Below the pieces are notes generated by a model, which saw only the letters and a program-made list of their open reading frames with translations, did not search any database and was not told where the DNA came from. Both the position numbers and the translations under genes were made by a program. This document shows positions 14,740-27,676 of a DNA stretch of 64,000 nucleotides, piece after piece. Source of the stretch: Eledone cirrhosa (taxonomy: Eukaryota). The stretch is taken from contig CAXHJY010001088.1 of NCBI GenBank assembly GCA_964016885.1, forward strand, positions 1 through 64,000, written 5' to 3'. The stretch's first letter is position 1. Every line of letters starts with the position of its first letter.

Positions 14740-15040
14740 GTAATTCAATCTGGAGCTTTGTAGTTACGTACGATGTTTTTCGAGACGTGAACAATGTGTG
14801 AAGAATTCATTTCTTGTGTTTAGGCAATCACTATTGCGTAATCTCTTTAGAATATTTATTCGCTCATCAATTTATAGTCCACACAATGCATTGCCCCATG
14901 GAGTAGTCTATACTTGAGTCCTTGAGGGACCATACGTGGCTTGCGAGTTTCGTGTCATACACAATTTTGTGTCTCATCAACGTCAGTATGAATTTATACG
15001 AACTGGATTACTCCCTGAAGAACATTCCTTCCCACTCCCT
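14740..15040 (-). pseudogene. Highly decayed PLE GIY-YIG C-terminal remnant
   Basis: Manual translation DTKLASHVWSLKDSSIDYS and LCGL*IDERINIL..CLNTRNEFFTHC resembles the end of ORF 22873. Confidence 0.6.
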
Positions 15041-15181
15041 CCAACCATGTTTACCAAAAGTTTCTCCTACAAAAGGCGGAAGATGTCGTCAGACGCTTAA
15101 GATGGAGAGCCCTAGCTTTTGACGGCAAAATTACAGGCACCCATAACACCTTCAACCTGAAATCGAGAGCCTACCCTCCTA

Positions 15182-15299
15182 AGTTAACTACACGGAATTG
15201 GGTACAAAATAGAAAAATTAGTAAATTAGTAAAATAGTAAAATTTATGTGCATTTTTTCTTCAAACTTCTATTTTGTACCTAATTCCGTGTAGTTAACT
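15182..15299. repeat. Inverted repeat with 33-bp arms
   Basis: agttaactacacggaattgggtacaaaatagaa and its reverse complement, one mismatch. Confidence 0.85.
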
Positions 15300-15899
15300 A
15301 TTTGTCTAGTCAATTTCTACAGACTAGAAGAAATAATTAGTTAAGTGTCATATGGTTGTACATCGCGGAAAAGAATCTGTATCATTTGTCGATTATTTCT
15401 TCATAAGTACATTTTAAACTTATAGCCTCGTTTAAATGATTTTTTATGTGGTTGATTTATACTGCAACACTTGTCCCTTTATTTCCACCCTCACCATTCT
15501 TGCAGGCCCTAATAAAATTAGTATCAGTGTATATAAATATTATCAAGAATGACAATAAATGCAGGTGAGAGTTGTGACATGGTTTTACTTCACAGAAGCC
15601 AAATAAATTGTTATACATTGTTATAAATAATTGTTACCACATGTTGATGTTCAGGTGGTCACAACTCCCCAGACTGGAGTGTGTGGAGGAGAACAGAAAA
15701 TCTTCTCTTGGTAAGGTTCAAGTGTTTCTTTAGGCTGCCGGTGTTCTTCTTCTTGGGTGCGAAGGAAGTGAAACAGGAGTCATCTCTTGACAAGGTCTCA
15801 GGTGTTCTTGTCCCTTCGAAGTTCAGGAGTAGAGTGTGTCTTATGGCTTGATTGTCCTCGACTATATAGTCCCCAGTGGGACGCAACTCCGTTTAGTAC

Positions 15900-16318
15900 A
15901 TGAATCTGCTGCTGGGATTCGCGCCGTTGCAAAGGGACGTAACTCTTATACGTGCTGAGTCACAGCCGTAAGAGGCCGCTACAGGTCTTTCCGTATCCGC
16001 CATTCCTTCACCTGCACATCCACCCACATTGTGTAGACCTTCCGGTGTTCCCTTTACGGGTCTTTATATATCGGACAAACGGGACGCCGTATGGCAGGCC
16101 GTTTTGCCGAACATTTGGGGGACATCAGACTCGGTTTGGATACTCCTGTCGCCCATCATTTCTGTTCTCCTGGTCATTCTTCCTTACATGTTTCAGTCCT
16201 GGTTGTCCTTTTACATCATGGATTACAGGCCTTGCGCACCAGGACTGAACAAAGTCTGATTCACTGCCTTGGGTCCTATTCCCTTCTTGGATTCAACTCA
16301 CCTCCCCAATTTCTCTAA
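15900..16318 (+). pseudogene. Decayed Neptune-type PLE GIY-YIG fragment
   Basis: FTCTSTHIV*TFRCSLYGSLYIGQTGRRMAGRFAEHLGDIR...VAHHF. Confidence 0.8.
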
Positions 16319-16671
16319 TACCTCGTCCATTATCACACCCCTCAATTCCTATCGCTTTCTCTTGATCATTAGCAGCTTACAACTAATACATGCCGTGTAT
16401 CATGTTTGGTGAAGATGAGGTTGGAGAGATGCAGGGAGGATTGGATGCATATAGGGGGGGAGGGAGAGGTTGGAGGAAGTGCTTGCGTAGAATGGAGCTG
16501 GCGGAGAAAAGATTTGAGATTGGGCATATTGAAGGTACTAGGGTGGGAGTGAAAAATAGACGGGTGAGAAGGTGCTGTGAGAAGATTGTAGTAGAGGAAA
16601 CGTGGTAGAGAGTCGTGGAATATTTAAATGCAAGAAGCAAAGATTTCTTTAGGCTGCCGTGGGTGAATGTG

Positions 16672-16812
16672 CAGGAACTGATTATACAGAGTGGTTGCCG
16701 GTCAAGCAGAAATTGAAAATTAGAATTGGCGCTCTTATTAGCTATTTCAGAGCACCAATTCTAATTTTCAATTTCTGCTTGACCGGCAACCGCTCTGTAT
16801 AATCAGTTCCTG
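16672..16812. repeat. Near-perfect hairpin, 64-bp arms with 13-nt loop
   Basis: Arms are reverse complements with two mismatches. Confidence 0.92.
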
Positions 16813-16876
16813 ATTATTACTAGAAATTCTATAAGAATCAAACATTCATGATTTTCAGCAAACAGGTGGAGTACTT

Positions 16877-16921
16877 GGCTTTGATAAGTACCAATCAGTA
16901 CGAAACATAGCTCTGTCTGCT
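16877..16921 (+). ncRNA. Minimal type I hammerhead, U3:A8 variant
   Basis: ggct-TTGATAA-gtac(caatca)gtac-GAAA-catagctctg-TC-tgct. Confidence 0.7.
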
Positions 16922-17108
16922 TTATCTCCCCTGTTTGCTGAAAATTTAAAGTAAGTGAGACTGTCACTACTCTAAAACAATAGCATAAGGTCTTTGAAAT
17001 GCTTTTAATTAAGCATACAGTGTATTGCAAAATCCACTATATATACATTCATATATATATAGCTATTTCAGAGCGCCAATTCTTATTTTTAATATATATA
17101 TATATATA

Positions 17109-17147
<39 letters not shown>

Positions 17148-17194
17148 GTATATATATATATATATATATATATTTGTATATATATATATATATA

Positions 17195-17231
<37 letters not shown>

Positions 17232-17369
17232 ATATATATATATATATATTTGTATATATATATATATATATTTGTATATATATATATATATATATATTTG
17301 TATATATATATATATCTGTATATATATATATTTAAAACAATAGAGGTGTAACACACGAGTTATGATATA

Positions 17370-17998
17370 TTGGTAAAAGGAAAAGAAAATGCTGTCAAAT
17401 TGTTCCCAGTTAAAAATAGTTTAATTAGGAATAAGTAAAAATTAGTAATAGTATTGGTTAGTATTCAGTTTTGGTTTTAAGTTTTACCGGTTGCGCATTT
17501 CTAATGCTTTTCAAAAATAATTTTGAGATAGAGCGCCCATGATGTTTGCTCTAATCTGATTAGTTTTGGAAATTCTACCTGTTTTATGTAAAAAAAGTTG
17601 CTCCAGATGTATGAAAAAATTCTTGTGGTCAAAATAATTTTGATTGGTCGGTAGAGGTCATGTGAATGTTAAAATCACTAAAAAATAAGTCTTTCAAGAC
17701 AAATATGTGTGTGTGTGTGTGTAGTAGTAGTAGTAGTAAAGAGGTTCGTTGTTGTAATAATGGTCAGCAGGGATGTGTGTGCGAACCGCAGCCTGCTGAC
17801 AGTTCAAATGCCTATTAAGACAAGTGTGTGTGTGTGTAGCAGAGTAATTCGTGGTAGAGGGATCGGTCAGTAGGAATGTGTTTGTACATGTGTGGGGGAT
17901 ATTTTAACATGTTAAAAGATATTTTTCAGCTCTTGTCTTATACGGAGAAGTGTGTGTGTGTGTATATGTCTCTTTGTATGTTAATGTACGCGTGTGTA

Positions 17999-18032
<34 letters not shown>

Positions 18033-18132
18033 GGTGGACCAGTATTTTTGTGATACTGGTAAAAATGGTGTACATTATTCGATATTTTCAGTGAAAACGA
18101 TTCTCTCAATAGATCAAAAACCTTAATAATAA
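17370..18132 (-). mobile_element. Solo 3' non-coding part of the Neptune-type PLE at 57280-61105
   Basis: Colinear similarity to 57280-58145. Confidence 0.8.
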
Positions 18133-18482
18133 AAAGAATTAGTATATCTACCAACATATATATATACAGATGCATATATATGTTGGTAGATATACTAATT
18201 CTTTATAATTATCTCCAAATTATTTTGTTGAGCAAAGATTTGCCAAAACTGGTACTATAGTTCATAGTAATAGTTCGGCTACTGTCTTCTTAACACCCCA
18301 CTCCTCACTGATTAACCTCAATGTCACGTGATTGATTCTTTTGAATTTGCCACCGACCAAGTAGGCAGTGATTTTTTCAATGTCTTGGAATTTAGTCCTC
18401 GCTTGCTTTTTTCCATCCACTGAATTATTTTTGTATAAGTTCCCTGTGTCCACGCATCGCCTGGGAACTTAGCTGAGAATTG

Positions 18483-18565
18483 ACTTCCTGATGACGAAAG
18501 GCATTCTCCATGTGTTCCATTCGGAAACCATGTTTATTCCCTTTCAGAAACTAATTAGTTGGAGT
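18483..18565 (+). ncRNA. Type I hammerhead ribozyme
   Basis: acttc-CTGATGA-cgaaagg..cctttca-GAAA-ctaattag-TT-ggagt; stem III palindrome ACTAATTAGT. Confidence 0.75.
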
Positions 18566-18730
18566 GAAATTTTAGTAAGTAAGTTAATTTTTATAATTTT
18601 CTTATTTTACGTCTTTCATATAATTGTTCTGCATCCCCTTGCATTGAACCACAAAGGTACTAAGACAAAACCTATATATTTGCTAGCATAGGTATGCATC
18701 TGTATATATATGTTGGTAGATATACTAATT

Positions 18731-18765
<35 letters not shown>

Positions 18766-18893
18766 AAAGTTCTATTTAAATTGTTGGGATACAACAAGCA
18801 AATATTTTTATAACTGATATAAAGCACTCGACAAATATTTGGAGTAGATATACTATATTAATAAATGGAAACTATATTTATAAAACCATATTT

Positions 18894-18958
18894 ATTTCAT
18901 TATATATATTTCAAGGATACCGAGTTAAATTATGGTATGCCTTCATCAGACAAAATAC
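18894..18958 (-). ncRNA. Type I hammerhead (family H1)
   Basis: Reverse complement of the copy at 19132. Confidence 0.72.
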
Positions 18959-19131
18959 AATATATAACAGTTTTATAAATAGACGTCTCTCTCTCTCTCT
19001 CCATCTTTTTACTTACTCTTAACACTATGACTTAGTAAAGTAAACAAACCACTATCCTGATGGCCTCCAAAAGCAACGGTCAATTTTGAAAAGGGTACGT
19101 CAATGTCTATTTATAAAACTGTTATATATTG

Positions 19132-19196
19132 TATTTTGTCTGATGAAGGCATACCATAATTTAACTTGGTATCCTTGAAATATATATAATGAAATA
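19132..19196 (+). ncRNA. Type I hammerhead (family H1)
   Basis: tattttgt-CTGATGA-aggcatacca..tggtatcctt-GAAA-tatata-TA-atgaaata. Confidence 0.75.
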
Positions 19197-19351
19197 AATA
19201 TGGTTTTATAAATATAGTTTCCATTTATTAATATAGTATATATATATATCTGTATATATATATAGGTACGTTATTCCGGGTTGAATCGGAGGTAACCACA
19301 GTAAGTAAGGTACTCAATACATTGCAGAGTATAAAAGTTTTAATATAGATG

Positions 19352-19402
19352 AGATTCTACAGGACTAGAACTGTTTCATTCTTTAGAAATCATCAGGAAT
19401 CT
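19352..19402 (-). ncRNA. Minimal type I hammerhead ribozyme
   Basis: agattc-CTGATGA-tttctaaagaat-GAAA-cag(ttctagtc)ctg-TA-gaatct. Confidence 0.82.
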
Positions 19403-19873
19403 GGGTATCAAAAAATAAGTATGGTATTTATAGGTCTCTTCAAGTGGTAGGAGAGGGTAGGGAGTGGGATGGGTGTAGGTCATTGGTTGATAGAAAAGGG
19501 AATTCATTAAAAGCTAATTCTCCAAATATATAGTTTATTTTTAGAGTAACAAAGGCAGAAAGAATTCTATAAACAAGTTCAGGATGGGTGCCACTCCTTA
19601 TTTTTAAGTTTCTCTTAAGCTAACAGGTGTCTATAAGATCAGTGGGGGTCAGTCATGGTTGATGGATTTAAAGGAAAGGGAGATTCTTTAAAAGCTAAAT
19701 TCTTTAAGGTTCTACTAAGTGACAAAGGCCTAGAGAATTCTGGAGACAGATTCAAAATATTGAGTGCATATCATACGATTATTTTCAAATTTCTCTTAAA
19801 CTATTCAACTATATGCCAAAAATCAACAGACACATTCACAAACACACTCGCGCGCACCCACAAAAACCCACAC

Positions 19874-19945
<72 letters not shown>

Positions 19946-20107
19946 TTAATTTATAATAAATTGAAGTGAAAGCAACTGGTACGTGTGTTTCTTATTGGCA
20001 ATTTGACCCTCCCAAAGTATAACAATATCGGTTTCAACTCACGTTTTCAGATAAACAAATTCAGAAACGAAATATATATATAAATACATCTGTGTATATA
20101 TATATAC

Positions 20108-20189
<82 letters not shown>

Positions 20190-20211
20190 GTATATATATA
20201 TATATATATAG

Positions 20212-21270
20212 TTATATGTGGCCGGTGCTCTGGTGCAATAAGTAGCAGCAAGTGCCCACAGAATACTAGCTCTTTCAATTGCACAGATGGTTCTATAGAA
20301 ATAGTGGACAGCTTCCGTTACCTGGGTGACAAAATCAGCAGTGGGGGAGGGTGCTCTGAAAGTACAGTAGCTAGTCAGAACTGGTTGGAAAAAGTTCAGA
20401 GAGCTTATACCACTATTAGCCGCTAAAGGGTTCTCCCTAAAAATGAAAGGCAGGCTGTATGATGCCTGCATACGAACAGCAATGTTGCATGGCAGTGAGA
20501 CCTGGGCATTGTGTGCAGAGGATATACGCAGATTAGAGAGGAATGAAGCTTGCATGCTCCGCTGGATATCTAATAGTAATATACGTGAACGACAAATCAT
20601 AAACGAACTAAGGGAAAAATTAGAAATAAGAGGGATCAGATGTTGTTTACTCGAGAGAAGGCTACGTTGGTATGGTCACGTGATGTGCATGAAAGACAAC
20701 AGCTGTATAAAAAAGTGCAGGGCAATAAAAATAGACGGTAGCCACGGAGTAGGCAGACCCAGAAAAACCTGGGACGACTTGATAAATTCCGACCTCACAC
20801 ACTTACACCTCTCCAAGACAATGTCACTGGACCGAGATCTTTGGCGCTACACAGTAATAAAGAAGACCCGCCTTACCTAAATACAAAGTGAAACCTACTA
20901 CAGTCAGTAGGCACCTCTAAGAAAATACACCCCCGTCCCACTACGCCCACCCCATCCACACCACCCCTTTCAATGTAAAGTTATGTTGGTACCACAGCAT
21001 CCAGTCCGAAACAAATGAGGTCGTGTAGGTGTCACGACAAAAAAACACACAGTCTACGCTGTAATGTGGCCGTGTAGGCAACACGGTAAAAACCTCCCAG
21101 TTCCACACTGTAAATGTGGTTGGTGTTAGGAAGGGCATCCAGCCGTAGAAAACCCGCCAGACAGTCCTATGCGAGCAAGACAACCACTCTTGCCTCAAGT
21201 GGGAAAACTCCAGTCCAAACCCATGCAAGCGTGGAATATGGACGTTTAACGATGATGATGATGATGATGA
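20212..21270 (+). mobile_element. RTE family A, 5'-truncated and frameshifted
   Basis: Homologous to 13340-14394. Confidence 0.92.
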
Positions 21271-21302
21271 TTAGTTATGTAATAAACAACATAAGGCAAT
21301 TA

Positions 21303-21363
21303 TATCATTTACCAGTGGTTTCTTAAAAGCAAAAAAATTTTGCGTTCTATCATCAGAATGATA
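21303..21363 (-). ncRNA. Type I hammerhead ribozyme
   Basis: tatcatt-CTGATGA-tagaacgcaaaa..tttgcttttaa-GAAA-ccactgg-TA-aatgata. Confidence 0.82.
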
Positions 21364-21846
21364 AAATCCTGGTGTATTTATTGACGTTGGATTTTAAAAA
21401 CAAAAATACAATCTATATGAAAGTGAGGCTGGAAAAGGAAGAAGGAAAGGAAAAATAAAATAAAAACACAAATGCAAACACACACACACACACACACAAT
21501 TATATACATACACATATATATATATATATACATACACACATACATACACCCACACATATATATGTGTATATATATATACATACACATACATACACACATA
21601 AATATCAACATATCCATACATACACATACATATATACAACCACACATATATATATATACACATACATATACATACACATATACATACACATACATACATA
21701 CATACACACAATCATACATATATACACACGTACATACATACACATACATACACACATATATACACGCATACATACGCATGCACAAAAATAGAAATATATA
21801 CACACACTACATACTCACACACACAAATAAATATAAGAAAAAATAT

Positions 21847-21970
21847 CTAATAATTGTTTCTACTTTAGGCACAAGGCCAGCAATTATCCAGTACATTACT
21901 GGTACTTTATTTTATCGACCCCGTAAGGATGAAAGGCAAAGTTAACTTTGGCGGGATTTGAACTCAGAAC
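21847..21970 (-). mobile_element. Second tRNA-derived SINE family, 5'-truncated
   Basis: Core actttgcctttcatccttacggggtcgataaaataaagtaccag shared with 22031 and 51860. Confidence 0.85.
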
Positions 21971-22030
21971 GAAAAAATATCTAATAATAAAAGATAAAAA
22001 TGAATATAAAGACTATTATAATGTTGAAAG

Positions 22031-22219
22031 GGTGGTGGATTGGCAGTATCGGTAGAGGGTCGGACGCCATGCTTTCCTGCATAGTTACGTCCCTTTACAG
22101 TCTGAGTTCAAATCCCGCCGAGGTTTACTTTGCCTTTCATCCTTACGGGGTCGATAAAATAAAGTACCAGTAATGCACTGGGTATTTGCTGGTCTTGTGC
22201 CTAAAGTAGAAACAATTAT
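22031..22219 (+). mobile_element. Second tRNA-derived SINE family (core resembles the Meta-type domain, from memory)
   Basis: A box tggcagtatcgg, B box gagttcaaatc, conserved core; three clear copies in the window. Confidence 0.85.
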
Positions 22220-22574
22220 AATGTTGACAGCGATACAGTCAACAAATAAATGAACAAACACACGTAAGCAATACACACAAATGCACGTACACATACATAC
22301 GTAAAAATAAATACATACACACACTCTCACACATAAATATACATATACAAATACATAAACACATACATACGCATACACAATTACATACACACACGCACAT
22401 ATACATACACACACATATATATATATATTTATATACACACATACATACATAACCATACAAATATACACATACATATACATACATATCACAAACACATACA
22501 TACAAATACAAACACACATATATATGTGTGTAAAACTCATTCTTAGATAATTCATATGAACCTTATTAAACTCT

Positions 22575-22636
<62 letters not shown>

Positions 22637-22872
22637 CACATATATATACATACATACTCACATACACATATATACCTACACACATATACACATACACATA
22701 CGCATGAATACGTACATACACACACACACATATACATATATAACTAAATATATATATATATATGAGAAAGAACATAAATATTATATATATATATATAAAA
22801 TAAATATTGTAATATAAAAAAAAAATATATATATATATATATATATCTGAGTATGATAACACCAATGACATC

Positions 22873-24720
22873 ATGGTGCATTCGGATAAAACTGGGAACC
22901 TATACTTTGTCAACCCTGACAGATACCACACACTGATCAGGAGCAGCCTAAACTCCACCTATAAAAAGGCCAACCACTCTTGCATCGAGGACATAAATCG
23001 AGATGGACAACAAATTACCTCCAGCCTCGGGGTCGCCGACCGCACGGAACCTCTAGACCCACGGACACCATACTTCACACTGAAGGACCATAAATCCGAT
23101 TTTGACCGTAAACCCTCTATCAGGCTTATTAACCCAACAAAGTCCGACATAGGGAGAATCAGCAAAAAAATCCTAGACCGCGTAATACCAAAATTCAAGC
23201 AACACGCCCGACTTAGCCTATGGATCAACACCCAGGAAGTAATCTCATGGTTCAGCAATATGGAGGATAAACGAAACACTAAATTCATACAGTTCGACAT
23301 AGAGAGCTACTATGCTTCAATCACCTTACCGCTACTTACTGCCGCCTTGGACTTCGCCGAAACACTTGTGCCCATCACCGACCAGGAAAGAAAAATCATC
23401 CTCCACGCCAGGAAGACAGTCTTACTCTTTGACGACTCTAAATGGATAAAAAGAGCTCCCGACTCACCCTTCGACGTCAGCATGGGCGCCACGGATTCGG
23501 CGGAGGTCACAGATCTTATAGGATTATTCCTAATAGCCAAACTCACTGATATGTTTCCTGCATTCGGTGGTGGATTGTACCGTGATTTTGGGCTCCTTAC
23601 CCTTAAAGGGTGCAACCCCAGTAGTACAGATCGGGTCCGGAAACAATTAATCAGCTTCTTCCGCGACTGGGGATTTAAAATAACCCTACAAACGTCCCTG
23701 ACCCGAGTAAACTTCCTGGACGTGACCCTCGACCTCGAAAACGACCTGTACTACCCATACAGGAAACCTAATGACAACCTGCACTACATCCACCGCCGAT
23801 CAAACCATCCTAGGAACATCACAAACAACCTGGTCAAAAACATCTCCCTCCGCATATCCCGTTTGTCAGCTAATGAGCGGATATTCGATGAACATGCGCC
23901 TTATTACAACCAGGCCCTCAAGCGGAGTGGTTTCCGGGAGGAAATATCCTACTGTCCAGCTCCCATTAGCGGAACCAGCAGGAGACACCGCCGCTCACGC
24001 AATGTAACATGGTTCAATCCTCTTCACAATGCAGAGGTGACAACTCACATCGGGAAACTATTCTTTAGGCTCATTGAAAAACACTTCCCACGACAACACC
24101 GCTACCAAAACATAATTAACAAAAATACCATCAAACTCTCTTACAGCACTACACCAAACTTCGCACAAAACATCGTCTCCTCTAACAACAAAAAACTCAA
24201 CCCCGATGGCAGAAATAACCTAAATAGCAGTGGAGAACCGACCAGGAGGTGTAACTGTCCGGATAGATCCATTTGCCCACTCGACAATAGATGCAGAGAC
24301 CGTAATGTGATCTACCAGTGCAACGTGAGGACGGATACCTCCAACAAAGCCTATATAGGACTTACCGCATGTGACTTCAAGACCCGGCTATACCAACATA
24401 GACATACCTTCCGAAACCCGGCCCAGCGTCACGCCACTACACTTTCGGGCCACATATGGGACATCAAGGACAACAACATCACCTATGATCTCACTTGGAG
24501 ATTACTGTCCAGAGCCAATTCTTACACGGGAGGACGCCGTCCGTGCAATTTATGCTCGGAGGAAACTTTACAAATGCTGTTTACGACGGACCAACTCCTA
24601 AACAAGAAAGATGAACTGGTTACTGCATGTAAACATAGATTGCGTAGGACTTACCTCGCCCTCAAACCCCATAATGACCCGGGGGGGGGGGGGGGGGGGG
24701 GGGGTAGACTAGGGCTATAA
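22873..24720 (+). CDS. PLE reverse transcriptase-GIY-YIG endonuclease; catalytic YRDD reads YRDF
   Basis: [41 protein letters not shown] linker, VIY..YIG. Confidence 0.9.
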   Translation: MVHSDKTGNLYFVNPDRYHTLIRSSLNSTYKKANHSCIEDINRDGQQITSSLGVADRTEPLDPRTPYFTLKDHKSDFDRKPSIRLINPTKSDIGRISKKILDRVIPKFKQHARLSLWINTQEVISWFSNMEDKRNTKFIQFDIESYYASITLPLLTAALDFAETLVPITDQERKIILHARKTVLLFDDSKWIKRAPDSPFDVSMGATDSAEVTDLIGLFLIAKLTDMFPAFGGGLYRDFGLLTLKGCNPSSTDRVRKQLISFFRDWGFKITLQTSLTRVNFLDVTLDLENDLYYPYRKPNDNLHYIHRRSNHPRNITNNLVKNISLRISRLSANERIFDEHAPYYNQALKRSGFREEISYCPAPISGTSRRHRRSRNVTWFNPLHNAEVTTHIGKLFFRLIEKHFPRQHRYQNIINKNTIKLSYSTTPNFAQNIVSSNNKKLNPDGRNNLNSSGEPTRRCNCPDRSICPLDNRCRDRNVIYQCNVRTDTSNKAYIGLTACDFKTRLYQHRHTFRNPAQRHATTLSGHIWDIKDNNITYDLTWRLLSRANSYTGGRRPCNLCSEETLQMLFTTDQLLNKKDELVTACKHRLRRTYLALKPHNDPGGGGGGGGRLGL

Positions 24721-25788
24721 CACCCCACTTGCCGATTTTGCAATGGGTAACCCCTGCTTGCCAGATCTTCTTTTTATTCTTTTATCACTCCTTTATTTCC
24801 TTCCCCCCATCCCTCCTTAGTCCTTCTACCCCAGCTCTTCTTCTTTGTCGGCGTCTTTTCTCGCCCACCCGAGGCTGCCCTTTGGCCCCTTAGTACCCCC
24901 ACCCCCTCCCCTAGTCTATGATAGATTTGGCGGACTCCGCATTTTATAGCAGTTGGTTTAGACCCCGGATACTTGCCCCCTTTTTCCGACCGCTCTCACT
25001 ATTTTCCGTGCCTTCTATATTTCTTAGTGGCACTTATGCCTTATTTTCTCGTTTCAGTATTTCTTTCTTCGCTTTTCTTTTGGGCGGGGTGGATTCTGAA
25101 TTTATTTTTCCGTATTCTACCTTTACTTCGTACGAACTTTCATGTAGCTTGTTTAAGATCTTTTAGAGTTAGCATTAGTATATATTTTTTTCGGGACTCA
25201 GAATTATTATCTCGTACTAGTCTACTTTGCTGCACTGGGTGGTTGCTGGCATTGTGCCCGGGATAGAAACCTTTATTATTTATTTCGTGGTAGTCTCTTT
25301 AGTATTTTGGCCCCATTTGTTGACCCGTCACCGTATGATTTACGTACTTATACCTCTTAAAAGGGTCCTTGCCTATTCCGTCCCACCTAGTTCATTTACT
25401 TATTTCGTTATTTCTTTCTTTACTTCTTTCTTTCTTTATTTATTTATTTATCTAGCCTAACAATAGCTAGAGACTTAGGTCGTAGAACTTGCTTTACTTT
25501 TTTCTTTACACTTATTCGCTTTTCTTCACTCTCAGTATTTTTTCTTTCATATATATTTTTACCCCTCATTGTTCTACCTACCGTTCCGACTTCCTCCCCC
25601 TCCCCCTCCCCAGTATCTTCTTTGACCTCATGCCCAGCTGTAGCTGGCACTACCAATGCTTGATTGGGTCTACTCCACCCGCTCCCCTCTTTCTCCTACT
25701 GGCAGGTTTAGCCACCATCAACCCTACTAATTTGCAATCACAGAATTACTACTGACTTTTGACAATCACTTTGACCATATATGGAATT

Positions 25789-25882
25789 ACCCCTTGAGAA
25801 GATCGGCTATTTAAATACCAGGATAAATTTTCATTTAGTCCAGAATTAGCCGTCGAAACGGCTTGAGCTCAGCCGTCGGGGT
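25789..25882 (+). ncRNA. Type I hammerhead, U3:A8 variant with full stem III
   Basis: acccc-TTGAGAA-gatcggcta..tagccgtc-GAAA-cggct..agccg-TC-ggggt. Confidence 0.85.
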
Positions 25883-25973
25883 CTTACTGGTTCCTATTAC
25901 CCACTCTACTACCCCAAGTATTGAGTACTTTGGTGCGTTATGGTCCACCTGGTTCCTTACCACATTTCCTTCG

Positions 25974-26003
<30 letters not shown>

Positions 26004-26009
<6 letters not shown>

Positions 26010-26879
26010 ATACTTTGGGAGGGTCATGTTGCCAATAAGAAACACACGCACCAGTTGCTTTCACTTCAATATATTATAATAAATTTATAAATTTATAAAT
26101 TTCTGGTTGGTTGGTTGGTTCCACAACCAGATAGTTGTTTATATATTGTCATAGTTCTTTCGTCACACACTCTGTGACCTCTTCAGTGACTGGGGATTCC
26201 TTTCTTTGTTTTTGTGCCTCTCCTTTGTTCTGTCCTACGCCATTTTGTTTCTGTGTGTGTGTTGTGTGCTCAGTCTGCGCATGCGCCACATCCGGGTGTC
26301 TGTGTGTGTTTATGTTCATTTATTTATTTGTTTATTTCCATGTTACTGGTTGGTTGTTTGTTCTATGTGTGTGTGTGTGTATTCATTTTGTCCTTAATTG
26401 TAAGTTGTGATGTTGCTGTTCCACTCATATTTTCTATTTAATTTTGGTTGTAATTCTTTTATGTTTATTGCCTCTGTGATTTGTCTAAACATTGCGTCTT
26501 TTCTGTGTGTAGATTCTATTTTTATTTCTATGTTCTCTAATTTACCCTTGTGTTCTATTTTAGCATGTTGGTAGAGTACAGATGATGCTTTACTATCTTG
26601 AAGGTCTCGCCAGTGTTCATTTATCCGTTCCCCTACACTAGGAGCTGTCTCACCTATGTACACTATATTTTTGTCTCTACATTGTCCTTCAGTACATCTT
26701 ATGCTATACACTACATTTCTAGTTTTACAATTAATATGGGGGCTTATTTTACAGGTTATACATTTCTTATCTATACATGAGGGTCTTTGAAAAGGGTATG
26801 TCTTGCTAATAAGTGTTTTTATGGAGGTACCTGGTCTTTCTACTATCTTAATATTGAGTTTATGTTTATAGTAGAAAGA
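26004..26879 (-). mobile_element. PLE 3' fragment (GIY-YIG plus 3' UTR), third PLE family
   Basis: [17 protein letters not shown]...YIGET..S..ERI.EH, RQITEA, LNRKYEW. Confidence 0.85.
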
Positions 26880-27676
26880 CTGCATACGAACAGCAATGTT
26901 ACATGGCAGTGAGACCTGGGCATTGTGTGCAGAGGATATCCGCAGACTGGCGAGAAATGAAGTTTGCATGCTCCACTGGATGTGTAATAGTAACATACGT
27001 GAACGGCAAAGCATAAGCGAACTAAGGAAAAAATTAGAAATAAGAGGGATCAGATGTTGTTTACTCGAGAGAAGGTTACGTTGGTATGGTCACGTGATGC
27101 GCATGAAAGACGACAGCTGTATAACAAAGTGCAGGGCAATAAAGATAGACGGTAGCTACGGAGTAGGCAGACCCAGAAAAACCTGGGACGAGCTGATAAA
27201 TTCCGACCTCACACACTTACACCTCTCCAAGACAATGTCACTGGACCGAGACCTTTGGCGGTACTCAGTAATAGAGAAGACCCGCCTTACCTAAATACAA
27301 AGTAAAACCTACTACAGTCAGTAGGCATCTCTAACAAAATACACCCCCGTCCCACCACCCCCACCCCATCCACACCGCCCCTTTCAATGTAAAGTTATGT
27401 TGGTGCCACAACATCCAGGCCGAAACAAATGAGATCGTGTAGGTGTCACGACAAAAAACACAGTCTACGCTGTAATGTGGCCGTGTAGGCAACACGGTAA
27501 AAACCTCCCAGCCCCACACTGTAAATGTGGTTGGTGTTAGGAAGGGCATCCAGCTGTAGAAAACCCGCCAGACAGTCCTATGCGAGCAAGACAATCACTC
27601 TTGCCTCAAGTGGGAAAACCCCCGTCCAAACCCATGCAAGCGTGGAACACGGACGTTAAATGATGATGATGATGAT
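26880..27676 (+). mobile_element. RTE family A 3' fragment
   Basis: HGSETW..GRPRKTW and the family A tail. Confidence 0.92.

Larger units (their letters stand above)
18762..19240. mobile_element. Divergent inverted pair of H1-family pLTR fragments, each with a hammerhead
   Basis: About 18845-18985 is the reverse complement of about 19100-19240; both carry CTGATGA-agg..ctt-GAAA-tatata-TA. Confidence 0.85.
22848..25973 (+). mobile_element. Penelope-like element, 5'-truncated, with long 3' UTR and terminal hammerhead
   Basis: RT+GIY-YIG ORF, hammerhead at 25789, TA flanks. Confidence 0.9.

Noticed and set aside
26394-27014. 206-aa ORF
   Set aside because: Chimera of antisense RTE sequence and a PLE GIY-YIG fragment at an insertion junction.
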